Origin: a virus | Virus record (IMG/VR): IMGVR_UViG_3300034092_001898 | Span: 13,246 to 77,245 of that record | Length of the DNA: 64,000 nucleotides | Strand: one strand, 5' to 3' | In this document: in pieces, positions 1 through 8,878 of the stretch | Layout: each line of letters begins with the position of its first letter | Numbering within the stretch: the first letter of the stretch is position 1 | Translations under genes and position numbers: made by a program | Notes under the pieces: generated by a model | Told to the model about the DNA's origin: nothing | The model's database searches: none | Seen by the model: only the letters and a program-made list of their open reading frames with translations

Positions 1-11
1 GCCTGGAAGTA

Positions 12-836
12 TTGCTTCCCCATCGCGGCACTTGCCTCTTGCAGCACGTCAACCTCGGCGCATTGTCCATCATGCAGCCTGAACAGTTTATCAATGCGTT
101 CAAGCAAGGCATGGGGCAACTGTGTGAACTGCACGGCAAGACTGGTGTTGGCAACACTGGCGAATACCTACCTCCTTCCATTGATCGTCAAGTGGGCCTT
201 GGTCTGTTGGGATTGGCGAATTGCCTTGCCATTCATGGCATTAGCTATGCGGACTTTGCCAATGCCTTGGAGGGTGGCCCTGACAATGCAGACGCCAACC
301 GCCTAGTTGACCTGATGCGCTCAGGCATTAACGAGGCTGCGCAAATTGCTCGCGCCAACGAAATGGAACGTGCTTTTTGCATTGCTCCCACTGCCTCTTG
401 TGCCTATCGCCACCTTGACAGCAAAGGTTTCACTACTGCCCCTGAAATTGCACCGCCCATTGGTCGTATTGTTGACCGCGACAGCGGCACTTTCAACGTA
501 GAGCCTTTCAATCATGGTGAAGTGGAAATTGCATCAGAAGTGGGGTGGGATGTTTACAAGCGCGTCGCCAATGGCATTGTTAGCATGATGCAAGCGACTG
601 GTCTGTTCCACGGTTATTCCTACAACTGGTGGTCAGACATGGTTCAATGTGACGAAGCGTTCCTTCGTGATTGGCTGGTCAGTCCACAAACCAGCCTATA
701 TTATGCCCTGCCTGTAATGCCAAATGTTCAAGCAAAAGATGATGCCTATGTGGCATTAGATGACGAGTTCAAGGAATTGCTTGGCTTGCAAGACGAATTG
801 CCGCAAGGGCAGCAATGCACATCCTGTAGCGAATAA
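12..836 (+). CDS. nrdA: Ribonucleotide reductase class I alpha subunit, C-terminal part (truncated by window start)
   Basis: GTCLLQHVNLG, RQVGLGLLGLAN, IAPTASC, TSLYY (Tyr pair typical of class I) and C-terminal CTSC redox pair; followed by a ferritin-like beta subunit. Confidence 0.92.
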   Translation: MLPHRGTCLLQHVNLGALSIMQPEQFINAFKQGMGQLCELHGKTGVGNTGEYLPPSIDRQVGLGLLGLANCLAIHGISYADFANALEGGPDNADANRLVDLMRSGINEAAQIARANEMERAFCIAPTASCAYRHLDSKGFTTAPEIAPPIGRIVDRDSGTFNVEPFNHGEVEIASEVGWDVYKRVANGIVSMMQATGLFHGYSYNWWSDMVQCDEAFLRDWLVSPQTSLYYALPVMPNVQAKDDAYVALDDEFKELLGLQDELPQGQQCTSCSE

Positions 837-859
837 TACAGGCTCCCGTTATTAACCAT

Positions 860-885
860 GGGGGCTCTAATCCGGCCCCCTTTTT
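860..885 (+). terminator. Intrinsic terminator-like hairpin between the RNR genes
   Basis: GGGGGC-9 nt-GCCCCC followed by TTTTT. Confidence 0.6.
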
Positions 886-907
886 AGTCCCTATTGCTTT
901 TTCCATC

Positions 908-1648
908 GTGACTTCTTCTGCTTTGGCTTCCCCTTATTTCAACATGATTAGCAAAAAGCGGCCATGGTCTGCAGTGGCCGTGGACAAAGGCACCGTGAAG
1001 GAAGGTGCTAGCGACACGTTGTTTCGTGCTTTGGCCCTGAGAGCCCTGGAACTGCCCGTAGCTGAGCTTTTGGAGCAAGGTATGGCAAAAGAGCTTCCTG
1101 CTACGCCAGGCGTCGTAGAGGCGCTACTGAGCAATCAAGCAGACGAGGAGCGGCACGATGAAGCCTTGAACTACGTTGCTCTTGCCCATGGCACCAATGA
1201 AGCAGCAGAGAGGGAAGTTGCATCCATTCGTAAGGCTTGGATGGATCATCCTGCCCATCCAATTCTTAAGGCTGCAATTTTGGAGCGGTCCATCTTTTTC
1301 GTGGCACTACCATTCTTTCGTTTCAATGGCGACATTGGCATGAGGACTGTCAGCCAAGACATTAGCCGTGATGAGCAAGTGCATGTGGGCGTCAATAGCT
1401 TGCTGGCCACAGAACTGAACGAAGCGACAACGAATAGTCTCAATCGCTTGCGGCGTGCCACTGCCTTATGGCTTTTTGATGGCCTTACTGCCAATGCTGA
1501 TAAGTGGCTGGATAAAGATTTTTGGCTGCAGCAAAGTGATAGCCTGTACGAGAAAGGCAAAGCTCCTGACATGGCTGAATCGCGTGCGAGTCGGATGATT
1601 GCGTTTTTTGAGTCGCCATCCACTTCGCAACCAAGTTACGGGCGGTGA
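908..1648 (+). CDS. nrdB: Ribonucleotide reductase beta subunit (short cyanophage type, ferritin-like)
   Basis: Dimetal ligands LELPV, DEERH, ILERS, RDEQVH; directly downstream of the alpha subunit. Confidence 0.85.
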   Translation: MTSSALASPYFNMISKKRPWSAVAVDKGTVKEGASDTLFRALALRALELPVAELLEQGMAKELPATPGVVEALLSNQADEERHDEALNYVALAHGTNEAAEREVASIRKAWMDHPAHPILKAAILERSIFFVALPFFRFNGDIGMRTVSQDISRDEQVHVGVNSLLATELNEATTNSLNRLRRATALWLFDGLTANADKWLDKDFWLQQSDSLYEKGKAPDMAESRASRMIAFFESPSTSQPSYGR

Positions 1649-1661
1649 GCTACAATGGCTT

Positions 1662-1729
1662 GCGATAGAGGCTGATCCTCTGTGTCTATTGGGCGCATAG
1701 CCCAAAAGGCGGCACGATCGGTCCATCGC
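1662..1729 (+). ncRNA. Candidate structured ncRNA with pseudoknot
   Basis: TACAAT -10 box at 1651-1656; nested stems GCGAT/ATCGC, AGAGG/CCTCT, GTGTC/GGCAC, TTGGGC/GCCCAA; CTGATC complementary to GATCGG. Confidence 0.45.
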
Positions 1730-1972
1730 CATTCTTGCTTGCAAGCCCCAAGCAGTGCTATGATTGTGGGCCATAAGGGACGCCTTATGTCAGTTGGTCC
1801 ACTGGTGAGCCCTCGACCCATTTGGCAAGCTCAACGGACTACGGTATGGGTTCCACCGACATGGACTTTCGAGCCCCTCTGAAACGGACCCTCCTACGCT
1901 TTCTGGCGCTGCTGCCGCAATGGTTCCTTTGGCGCAGGCGCTTCACCGGAACCGCCACTTCACGTTGACGCA

Positions 1973-2587
1973 ATGACGTTTCCCATCACCACCACTCTCC
2001 GCCGCATCTTTGAGGCAACTCCTTGGGAAGCAGGCAGGCAGCAGGCGCTGGCTGCTGCTAGCAAGACTGAGCCAGACGACGAACCGATTACTTTTTCAGC
2101 AATCGTTGAAACCGTAGATTTTGATGACGCGCTCTGGTACTGCCGTGCTGAGCCGCAACATTCTCGCCTCTGGCGACTCTACGCAGTCTGGTGCGCGAGG
2201 CAGGTCCAGCATCTAATGGTCGATCCTCGCAGTTTTGCGGCCATAGACGTGGCCGAACGCCATGCCAATGGCATGGCCACGGATGAGGAGTTGTGCACCG
2301 CATGGTCCGACGCAGATGACGCCGCATGGGCCGCATATGACGCCGCATGGGCCGCCGCAGACGCAGCCGCAGACGCAGATAAAGTCGCAGGTGACGCCGC
2401 ATGGGCCGCATATGACGCCGCATGGGCCGCCGCAGAGGCCGCCGCAAATGACGCCGCATGTGCCGCTGCATATGCCGCCGCATGGGCCGCCGCATCGGAC
2501 GTTGAACGGACCGGCCAGCGCTCCGTCTTCGTCCAACTGGTGACAACTGGCACGCTGCCGCCAGTTAAAGAGGAGACGTACGAATGA
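1973..2587 (+). CDS. Phage protein with Ala-rich AAWAA repeats
   Basis: DALWYCR..RLYAVWCARQVQHLM..AIDVAERHANG followed by AAWAA repeats; 45-nt direct repeat at 2317 and 2392. Confidence 0.8.
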   Translation: MTFPITTTLRRIFEATPWEAGRQQALAAASKTEPDDEPITFSAIVETVDFDDALWYCRAEPQHSRLWRLYAVWCARQVQHLMVDPRSFAAIDVAERHANGMATDEELCTAWSDADDAAWAAYDAAWAAADAAADADKVAGDAAWAAYDAAWAAAEAAANDAACAAAYAAAWAAASDVERTGQRSVFVQLVTTGTLPPVKEETYE

Positions 2588-2958
2588 CCTACCCCTTGAT
2601 CACCGTTGCCATGCAGGTTCGCGGCAAGGGTCGGCGCAACGTGAGAATCACGCCTTGTTGGGCCGGTGAGGGCCTCGCTGTCCATAAGTCTGTGACCCTC
2701 GACGGCAACGACAATCCCGTGTTCGTTGACATCGGCCCTAACATCTGGACCCTAACCCACGTTCACACAGGCATGAGGGCGGGAATGTTTCACGGCAACG
2801 TCGATCAAGCAATAGCTTTCGCCCGTCAATGGGATCAGGCGTTTGCTGCAGTGACCACCACCGAGGTTCCGCAACTGCTGGCCCGAAACTATCGGGAGGC
2901 GCTCTGCCAGGCGCAAGATGAACCCAGCGTGGCGGACATTTTTGAGTCGGGAGTCTGA
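2584..2958 (+). CDS. Hypothetical protein
   Basis: ATGA overlap with the previous gene; GAGGAG SD upstream; WTLTHVHTG motif common in phage proteins. Confidence 0.7.
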   Translation: MTYPLITVAMQVRGKGRRNVRITPCWAGEGLAVHKSVTLDGNDNPVFVDIGPNIWTLTHVHTGMRAGMFHGNVDQAIAFARQWDQAFAAVTTTEVPQLLARNYREALCQAQDEPSVADIFESGV

Positions 2959-2961
2959 GCT

Positions 2962-3057
2962 ATGCTTAACCCCGACTTCTACCCCACTCCACTGTCCACC
3001 ATCCGCCCCATGGTTCTTCCCATTTCCCCCTCCACCCAGTCCGAGCTAACAGGATAA
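2962..3057 (+). pseudogene. 31-aa remnant resembling the N-terminus of a DNA methyltransferase
   Basis: MLNPDFYPTPLSTIRPMV; the (D/Q)FYPTP motif begins many N6-adenine MTases; the frame ends inside the tRNA-like element. Confidence 0.35.
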
Positions 3058-3107
3058 GACGGTTCCGCCGCTGCGGAACGATGCAGGTTCAAGTCCTGCT
3101 TGGGTGC
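3033..3107 (+). tRNA. Degenerate tRNA-like element (non-canonical anticodon arm)
   Basis: Acceptor CACCCAG/TTGGGTG, perfect T arm GCAGG-TTCAAGT-CCTGC, D-loop-like AACAGGATAAGAC; anticodon stem GTTCCG/CGGAAC closes a 6-nt loop; D stem imperfect; no CCA. Confidence 0.55.
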
Positions 3108-3164
3108 TATGATTCTCCAGGACAGGGATCTCCTCCATCCCCGGTTCGTTTTGACAGAACCTCA

Positions 3165-3196
3165 GGTCTCGGGATTCCAGTCCCGGGGCCTTTTTT
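3165..3196 (+). terminator. Intrinsic terminator
   Basis: GGTCTCGGGA/TCCCGGGGCC stem followed by T6. Confidence 0.75.
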
Positions 3197-3250
3197 GTTG
3201 CGCCCCAGCCCTTTGTATGGTATCCTCGTAAGGCATACCGAAACAAGGCA

Positions 3251-3709
3251 ATGGTGAAGTTTGGCAAGGACACTTTGAAACTAGGACAGCAATGGAAACG
3301 GGCTGATGGGCAAGTGGCTATTGTTAAGGTCATTGAGGATGATAAAGCTAAGCTTGAGTGCGAAGACGCCTATCTTATCGACTACCATTATGCTGATGGC
3401 GGCCAAAGCCAATTTCATTGCACCATGCCAGGCAGTAAACTTGTCCAGCCTATAGACGACGGAGAACCTAAAAGTGCTCCAGTTGGTGATAGCATTGAGG
3501 ACGGCGTTGTCCCTGCCGAAGAAGAGCCAATCGTACTAGAACAAGAAGTGATTGTTAATACCGCCCTCAGTAATATCATTGGGAATTACCCCGGCATTGG
3601 CTATGCAGTGGTGCGAATTGCAGGCTTGCAAATTGAAGTGGACTTTGAAGAACGCTCCCTAACAATTCAAGACAACCCCAATCCCCATGACGCTTTTCCT
3701 AATATCTGA
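3251..3709 (+). CDS. Hypothetical protein with GQxWxxxDG beta module
   Basis: LKLGQQWKRADG, shared with ORFs at 56559 and 57234; TGGTATCCT extended -10 upstream. Confidence 0.7.
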   Translation: MVKFGKDTLKLGQQWKRADGQVAIVKVIEDDKAKLECEDAYLIDYHYADGGQSQFHCTMPGSKLVQPIDDGEPKSAPVGDSIEDGVVPAEEEPIVLEQEVIVNTALSNIIGNYPGIGYAVVRIAGLQIEVDFEERSLTIQDNPNPHDAFPNI

Positions 3710-4223
3710 TACACATTTCGGCCACGCCAAAGCCTGCTCTTTCCTGGACGCCAATGGCAACAAGACACGACCATGGGATACCGCAGAGGCCATGGATGAG
3801 GCAATGGTAGAACGGTGGAATGCAGTTGTCAAACCGCAAGACACTGTGTATCACCTAGGCGATGTTGCAATTCCGCGAAAGTCACTTCAGATCCTTGGTC
3901 GTCTTAATGGCAAGAAAGCATTGATCCGGGGAAACCACGACATTTTCAATCTTTCCGACTACACCGCTTTCTTTTATGAGGTTCGGGGAGCCTTCGTAAA
4001 CAAGGATCACTACCTATTCTCCCATATTCCTTGCCATCGTGGCTCAGTAGAGCGGTATCGTGGCAACATTCATGGCCACCTGCATACAGGACGAATTACA
4101 CTACCTGACGGCACCATTGATCCGCTTTACTATTCGGTGTGCGTGGAGCACACTAATTTCACGCCAATCGCCTGGGAAGTAGTGAAGGCCGAAATGGAAT
4201 CCCTCCAGTCAGATTTGAACTGA
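3687..4223 (+). CDS. Calcineurin-like metallophosphoesterase
   Basis: SDTHFGH, LGD, RGNHD, SH and HGHLH motifs. Confidence 0.92.
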   Translation: MTLFLISDTHFGHAKACSFLDANGNKTRPWDTAEAMDEAMVERWNAVVKPQDTVYHLGDVAIPRKSLQILGRLNGKKALIRGNHDIFNLSDYTAFFYEVRGAFVNKDHYLFSHIPCHRGSVERYRGNIHGHLHTGRITLPDGTIDPLYYSVCVEHTNFTPIAWEVVKAEMESLQSDLN

Positions 4224-4400
4224 CACTATGCGCCTTTTAAGGGCGCTGCCTCTTCCGGTTGGGCTATGGAGGGGAAAGTTGTTCGGTCCAGTACACTGCG
4301 GCCCCAGCAGCCAAAAGCCGCCGATTCAATCTAATTGCTTCACGAGTGGGCAGGCAAGCCTCATAACGCTTGCCTTGCAACGAATAGCAAAGCCTGACCA

Positions 4401-4637
4401 TCAGCAGTCGTAAATCCGACATTCAATCATAGTGGGATCTTCCCTACACTTTCTGTCCCAAAACAAGTCCCTATCGTTTTCCTCCATTGCTCGATGATAG
4501 TCCGCAAGGCATTGCGAATACTCGCTGGTCAGGTGGAAAGACGGGTTGCCACTATCCACGTTATCGCAAGTGTCATAAGCAGCATCAACAAGTTCAAGCC
4601 AGGCTGCTTCTGCTTTTGCGCTGAGCATCTGGATCAT
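4401..4637 (-). CDS. CP12-like protein (start reassigned to the internal ATG)
   Basis: C-terminus WDRKCREDPTMIECRIYDC matches the CP12 C-x8-CRxYD signature; about 78 aa. Confidence 0.6.
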   Translation of the reverse strand: MIQMLSAKAEAAWLELVDAAYDTCDNVDSGNPSFHLTSEYSQCLADYHRAMEENDRDLFWDRKCREDPTMIECRIYDC

Positions 4638-4874
4638 GGGAAGCGGCGAGTCGTTCAGCCGTAGTCTAGCCTGCCTCTGCAGCCTGACGCCGCGCCTCTC
4701 TTTCAGCTTTTCGTAACTTAGGCAAAAGTTTGGGTTCATAGAAATGATCCGCTGCCAGCAGTTGCAATGCTGTTTGCTTGTCGGCATCAAGCAGTGCCAG
4801 CAGAAAAGTGATTTCTTTTGCCTCTAAGTCAACAAGCACCTTACCACAGGAAAACTATTGCCATACTAATGGCA

Positions 4875-6254
4875 TCAGCGAACCAGAGAATTGATCCAGT
4901 CAATATCATCGCCTTCCGATGCCACCATGATGGCGGCAGCCAATGCAAAGGGAAAGTCGTCTACGTTTGCTTCCTTACCACCAGTCACTGTCCATTGCCC
5001 CGATTGGCGATACACCACGCTAAGGTTTTTGATTTGCTTGATTGCGACTTCGTGAGGGTACAGGCTAATCAGGCCAGCATTAAACAACTGCCGCATCTTG
5101 CTAAAAGCCTTCATTTTCGTAGAAACGCTCCAGGTTAGTTCGCTAATTGGAAAGCTCTCCGCAAGTGTTTGAATGGTGGAGGCACTATTGAATTGATCAA
5201 GAACGATCTCTTTGAAGCCGTAAGCCTTATGGTGCTCCACAATCCATTGCTCTACACCCTTAATGTTGACTTCTCTTTTGCCATTGATTTCAAAGTCGGC
5301 ATCAAAAGAATGAAACTTGTCCACGATTAGCATTTCGCCTTCATAGTGAACAATGGCCGCAGTGTAGTTGTCGCGGCCAACACCACCTTTAGCAGGGTCT
5401 AGAGCCAAGTAGTAGGTGCTTTGAAAGTCGCGTTGTGGCAGTAAGATACCACGCTTTTTGTCTACGGCAGCCTCCACCACTTCTGGAGCCAGCAAGGCGG
5501 ATAGATTCTTGGAGAACTGAGCACCATATTCCACCCAAAACTTTTCCGGGTCGCGTTTAAGTTCTGCCTCCAAGAAGCTACAGCCCCATGGCAAGTTGGG
5601 ATTGATTTCCCATGTTGGAATGTTGATGGCCTGCATGAACTTGTATTCACCACTTTGCGCCTCGCAGTAGTGTTCATAGAACAGGCCGTCCGTGAGCCAC
5701 GGGGATGAAAGTTCTAGGATTCGTCCATTGTCACCAAATTGGGCAATCGAGGGAGAGAGAGCAGTGTAAATGGCCTTGGCTCCACGGTTGGCGTCACCTT
5801 CAATGCTGAACGCAAGTTCATCCATGATGACCATGACCACGGCTTTACCGCGAGAAGCACGCGCTGAAGCTGGGATTGCCTGGAACACGCAACCATTGCT
5901 AATTTCAATCTCAGTGGCCGTTTCCCTGATGATTTCTTTGGCGAACTGGCTGTCAATCAGCAGTTGTCGAATGTTGTTCAGTGCGAGCTTGGCTTGGCTT
6001 TGGTCGTTGGCAATGGTGACAACATACCATTTTTCCTTTTTTCTTACCTTGCGCCTGTAGCGTTCCTCTAGGGCAAAGCAAACGTAGAGGGCTGCCACGG
6101 CGGCAAGCAGAGTTTTGCCTGATCTGCGCCCAAGAGCCCAAACACCATGCGTTTTAGTGCCATTAAAGTATTCGTCAACAATCTCCTTTTGCTTGTCCCA
6201 CAAGGTAAGACCTAGTGCGTATTCAGCAAACTGCGAGCACTTGAGCATTGTCAA
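4875..6254 (-). CDS. terL: Terminase large subunit
   Basis: Walker A GRRSGKT, Walker B MVIMDE, LSSP coupling motif, RNase H-like LALDPA...DD. Confidence 0.93.
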   Translation of the reverse strand: MTMLKCSQFAEYALGLTLWDKQKEIVDEYFNGTKTHGVWALGRRSGKTLLAAVAALYVCFALEERYRRKVRKKEKWYVVTIANDQSQAKLALNNIRQLLIDSQFAKEIIRETATEIEISNGCVFQAIPASARASRGKAVVMVIMDELAFSIEGDANRGAKAIYTALSPSIAQFGDNGRILELSSPWLTDGLFYEHYCEAQSGEYKFMQAINIPTWEINPNLPWGCSFLEAELKRDPEKFWVEYGAQFSKNLSALLAPEVVEAAVDKKRGILLPQRDFQSTYYLALDPAKGGVGRDNYTAAIVHYEGEMLIVDKFHSFDADFEINGKREVNIKGVEQWIVEHHKAYGFKEIVLDQFNSASTIQTLAESFPISELTWSVSTKMKAFSKMRQLFNAGLISLYPHEVAIKQIKNLSVVYRQSGQWTVTGGKEANVDDFPFALAAAIMVASEGDDIDWINSLVR

Positions 6255-6828
6255 AGGTGGCTATTGGCGATAGTGCGGACTGTGGAATAAAGTATGCCTT
6301 GCGGCCTTGCCTCGGAGTGTAGGCGTATTGTGGCTGCATAGCTTTTTCGCTGTTAATCCAGCCATGAATGAACAACTGCTCGGGATTCATCCAAGTAACT
6401 AGAATATAGCGCTTACCTGGCTTGTCAGAAAGTTGCACGATTAGGTCCCGATCATGACCTTTGCGTGTCTTAACGTCAATGTCTGGTGGTAGGTCAATGG
6501 AGTCACGCTTAGCCTCTATCTCCTGATAAAGAAAGTCTTTTAGCCCTAGGTGCTTGGCTACTGCCATTTCGCCCATGGCGCCAATGATGTGCATTTCAAG
6601 GGCCTTGTCTCCGGTTCTAGCCCCACCATTCCTCCCCCATAGGCCCTTGGCTTCATTTGTTGCCTGGCGTCGATTGGCCTCCGCGATGGCGTCAGCGACC
6701 TCTTCTTCAGTCAGAACGATTGACAGGGGCACGAAAAAAGCGCAACCGCCATTATCATAACGGGAACTAGAGTGGGAGAAACAAGCCAACAATATGACCA
6801 CACTAAACACAGCCAACGGTGGCCCCAT
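6223..6828 (-). CDS. Conserved phage protein, possible PD-(D/E)xK fold (true start probably internal)
   Basis: GAMGEMAVAKHLG...D...IDVKTR pattern. Confidence 0.55.
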   Translation of the reverse strand: MGPPLAVFSVVILLACFSHSSSRYDNGGCAFFVPLSIVLTEEEVADAIAEANRRQATNEAKGLWGRNGGARTGDKALEMHIIGAMGEMAVAKHLGLKDFLYQEIEAKRDSIDLPPDIDVKTRKGHDRDLIVQLSDKPGKRYILVTWMNPEQLFIHGWINSEKAMQPQYAYTPRQGRKAYFIPQSALSPIATFDNAQVLAVC

Positions 6829-8878
6829 TGTGCCCCTTGGGCACTTTGATGGTGACGGCTATAGGGCTGACGGCCTTGCAAATGTCTTTACTGGCATGGG
6901 AACCAGTCGGGATAAGTCGCAAGCCACCACAACTCAGCCAATCATTTTCTTGACACAAGAAGAACTGGAAGGGTTGTATGGAGAATGGATACCGCGACGA
7001 GTGGTGGATATTGTTGCCGATCAATCCACTCGCAAAGGCTTTCGCATCCTCTTTGGCGGTGATGGCGTTAAAGCCAAGGAAGTGGTGGGGATGGAGCAGG
7101 TTATTGAAGACCTAATGATCCTGGAGCACTTTAACCTCGCCAGCAAAAACGAAAGACTTTATGGCGGGGCAGCAATTCTGCTCTACATCAACGATGGTCG
7201 GAGCGCTGATCAGCCTGTCAACAAGAATGGCATCATAGAAGTGGAAGGAATGGAAGTGCTTGACCGCTATCAAATTGCTCCAGTAATTAGCGAAGACAGT
7301 CTCTACGACTACGCGAAAGCCACTCATTACCAAATCATTTCAGGCGACCTCATTCAACAGCCATCGCTCTTAAGGATTCATAAAGATCGCATTTTGCGTT
7401 TTGATGGCATGTGGCTCCCATACCGGATTCGACAGAGGAACTATGGGTGGGGCCTGAGCAGTTTGCAGCCAATTTACGATAGCTTTCGCCACTACTGGAC
7501 TGGCATTCATTCATCGTCCATGCTTTTAAGTGAGTTTGACATCTTTGTCCACAAGATCCGCAACTTGTCTCAAATGCTTGCCAATGGCAAAGAGGCTGAC
7601 GTGAAAAATAGGCTAATCCTGAATGACATGAGCAAGAGCGTGTATCGGGGATTTGCCATTGACGCAGAAAAAGAGGAGCTTGAGTTTATCAGTCGGCAAT
7701 TCTCTGGCATTGGAGAAGTATTAGAGAAACTGCGAGTAGACATTATTGGCGCTTCGCAGATTCCCCATACGATCCTGTTTGGTGAAAGCCCAAGTGGAAT
7801 TGGGGCCACTGGCCGCAGTGAGGAGCGAGATTTTGCCAAGCTCTTGGGCGACTATCAGAGCAGTCACTTCCGCCGCCCATTGAAAAAGCTCATGGAATAC
7901 CTTTTGCTCAGCAAGCAAGGTCCGACCAATGGGCAAATCCCCGATTCGTGGCGGATTAAGTTCAATGATCTGTTTGAACTAAACGAACGGGAGAAGGCTG
8001 ACGTAAGAGCGCGAGTGGCCGCCGTTGATGGCCGTTACATCCAACTTGGTGTGCTGCATCCCAAGGAGGTGGCTGATGCCCGATATGGCGGCAGCGAATG
8101 GACAATGGAACTGACGCTTGACCCATCGCTACCTCGTGAACTGCCTCAGGCGACACAAGGCAAGCCTGTACCGCCTGGTGGTCGTGATCCGTTGAATGAG
8201 GAAAATGGTACGTTGCCAATGGACGGAAGCCGGGAGGTGCAAGACAGTGAAGCTGGTTTGTTCATGCCACGGGACTTAGAGGAGCGACGTGGAGACGTGA
8301 AGTTCACTGACGAGAGCCTGCACAGTCAAGCCGTATCGGCAGCAAAAAGCAAGTTTAAGGTTTGGCCATCGGCCTATGCGAGTGGCTATGTCGTTCAACA
8401 ATACAAAGTTCTCTATAAGAAAAAACACGGTTCACTCTCAGGCGCTTTCAAGGGGGACGATGGTGAAATCCATGCCGATGACCTTGATAAGTGGTTTCAA
8501 GAGAAGTGGGTGAGGATTGGTGGCAATGGTGAAATCATGGGGCCTTGTGGTGGTCGCAGCGAAGGGGAAGGCAAGCCCAAGTGCCTCCCAAAAGCAAAGG
8601 CCGAAGCGATGAGCCAGGAGGAGCGTCAAACGATTGTTTCTCGCAAACGCAAAGCCGATCCCGACCCAGGAAGGAAAGGGGCTGCGCGAATGGTGAGCAG
8701 CAAGGTTGACGCCATTGATCCATTGAAGGTGGAGGGCACCATTATTGGCGGCATTGACGAAGCCGCCCTGATCGAGGAGGCCGACATTCGGGCGGCGCTG
8801 GAGGAATGGAAACAAGAGGCGCCGGAGAGGTACAAAACGCTGCTGGAAGCCACTGATCTTGACCCGCAGCAACAATGA
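6794..8878 (+). CDS. Portal protein (DUF1073 type) with C-terminal DUF5872-like extension
   Basis: ADGLANVFTGMG, RLYGGAAI, RIHKDRILRF, IPHTILFGESPSG; C-terminal WPSAYASG..KWFQEKWV..PKCLP. Confidence 0.88.
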   Translation: MTTLNTANGGPIVPLGHFDGDGYRADGLANVFTGMGTSRDKSQATTTQPIIFLTQEELEGLYGEWIPRRVVDIVADQSTRKGFRILFGGDGVKAKEVVGMEQVIEDLMILEHFNLASKNERLYGGAAILLYINDGRSADQPVNKNGIIEVEGMEVLDRYQIAPVISEDSLYDYAKATHYQIISGDLIQQPSLLRIHKDRILRFDGMWLPYRIRQRNYGWGLSSLQPIYDSFRHYWTGIHSSSMLLSEFDIFVHKIRNLSQMLANGKEADVKNRLILNDMSKSVYRGFAIDAEKEELEFISRQFSGIGEVLEKLRVDIIGASQIPHTILFGESPSGIGATGRSEERDFAKLLGDYQSSHFRRPLKKLMEYLLLSKQGPTNGQIPDSWRIKFNDLFELNEREKADVRARVAAVDGRYIQLGVLHPKEVADARYGGSEWTMELTLDPSLPRELPQATQGKPVPPGGRDPLNEENGTLPMDGSREVQDSEAGLFMPRDLEERRGDVKFTDESLHSQAVSAAKSKFKVWPSAYASGYVVQQYKVLYKKKHGSLSGAFKGDDGEIHADDLDKWFQEKWVRIGGNGEIMGPCGGRSEGEGKPKCLPKAKAEAMSQEERQTIVSRKRKADPDPGRKGAARMVSSKVDAIDPLKVEGTIIGGIDEAALIEEADIRAALEEWKQEAPERYKTLLEATDLDPQQQ

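Noticed and set aside
2088-2685. Overlapping repeat ORFs (MRRP, CGGP, PHGP)
   Set aside because: Other frames of the Ala-rich repeat gene
1662-3165. Hammerhead (1662-1729) or HDV/theta ribozyme (3115-3165) calls
   Set aside because: No CUGANGA/GAAA core in the first; no P1 and P2 helices could be built for the second
6794-8878. Anti-CBASS Acb1 label sometimes attached to DUF1073 proteins
   Set aside because: No 2H phosphodiesterase HxT motif pair recognised; sequence and position fit a portal
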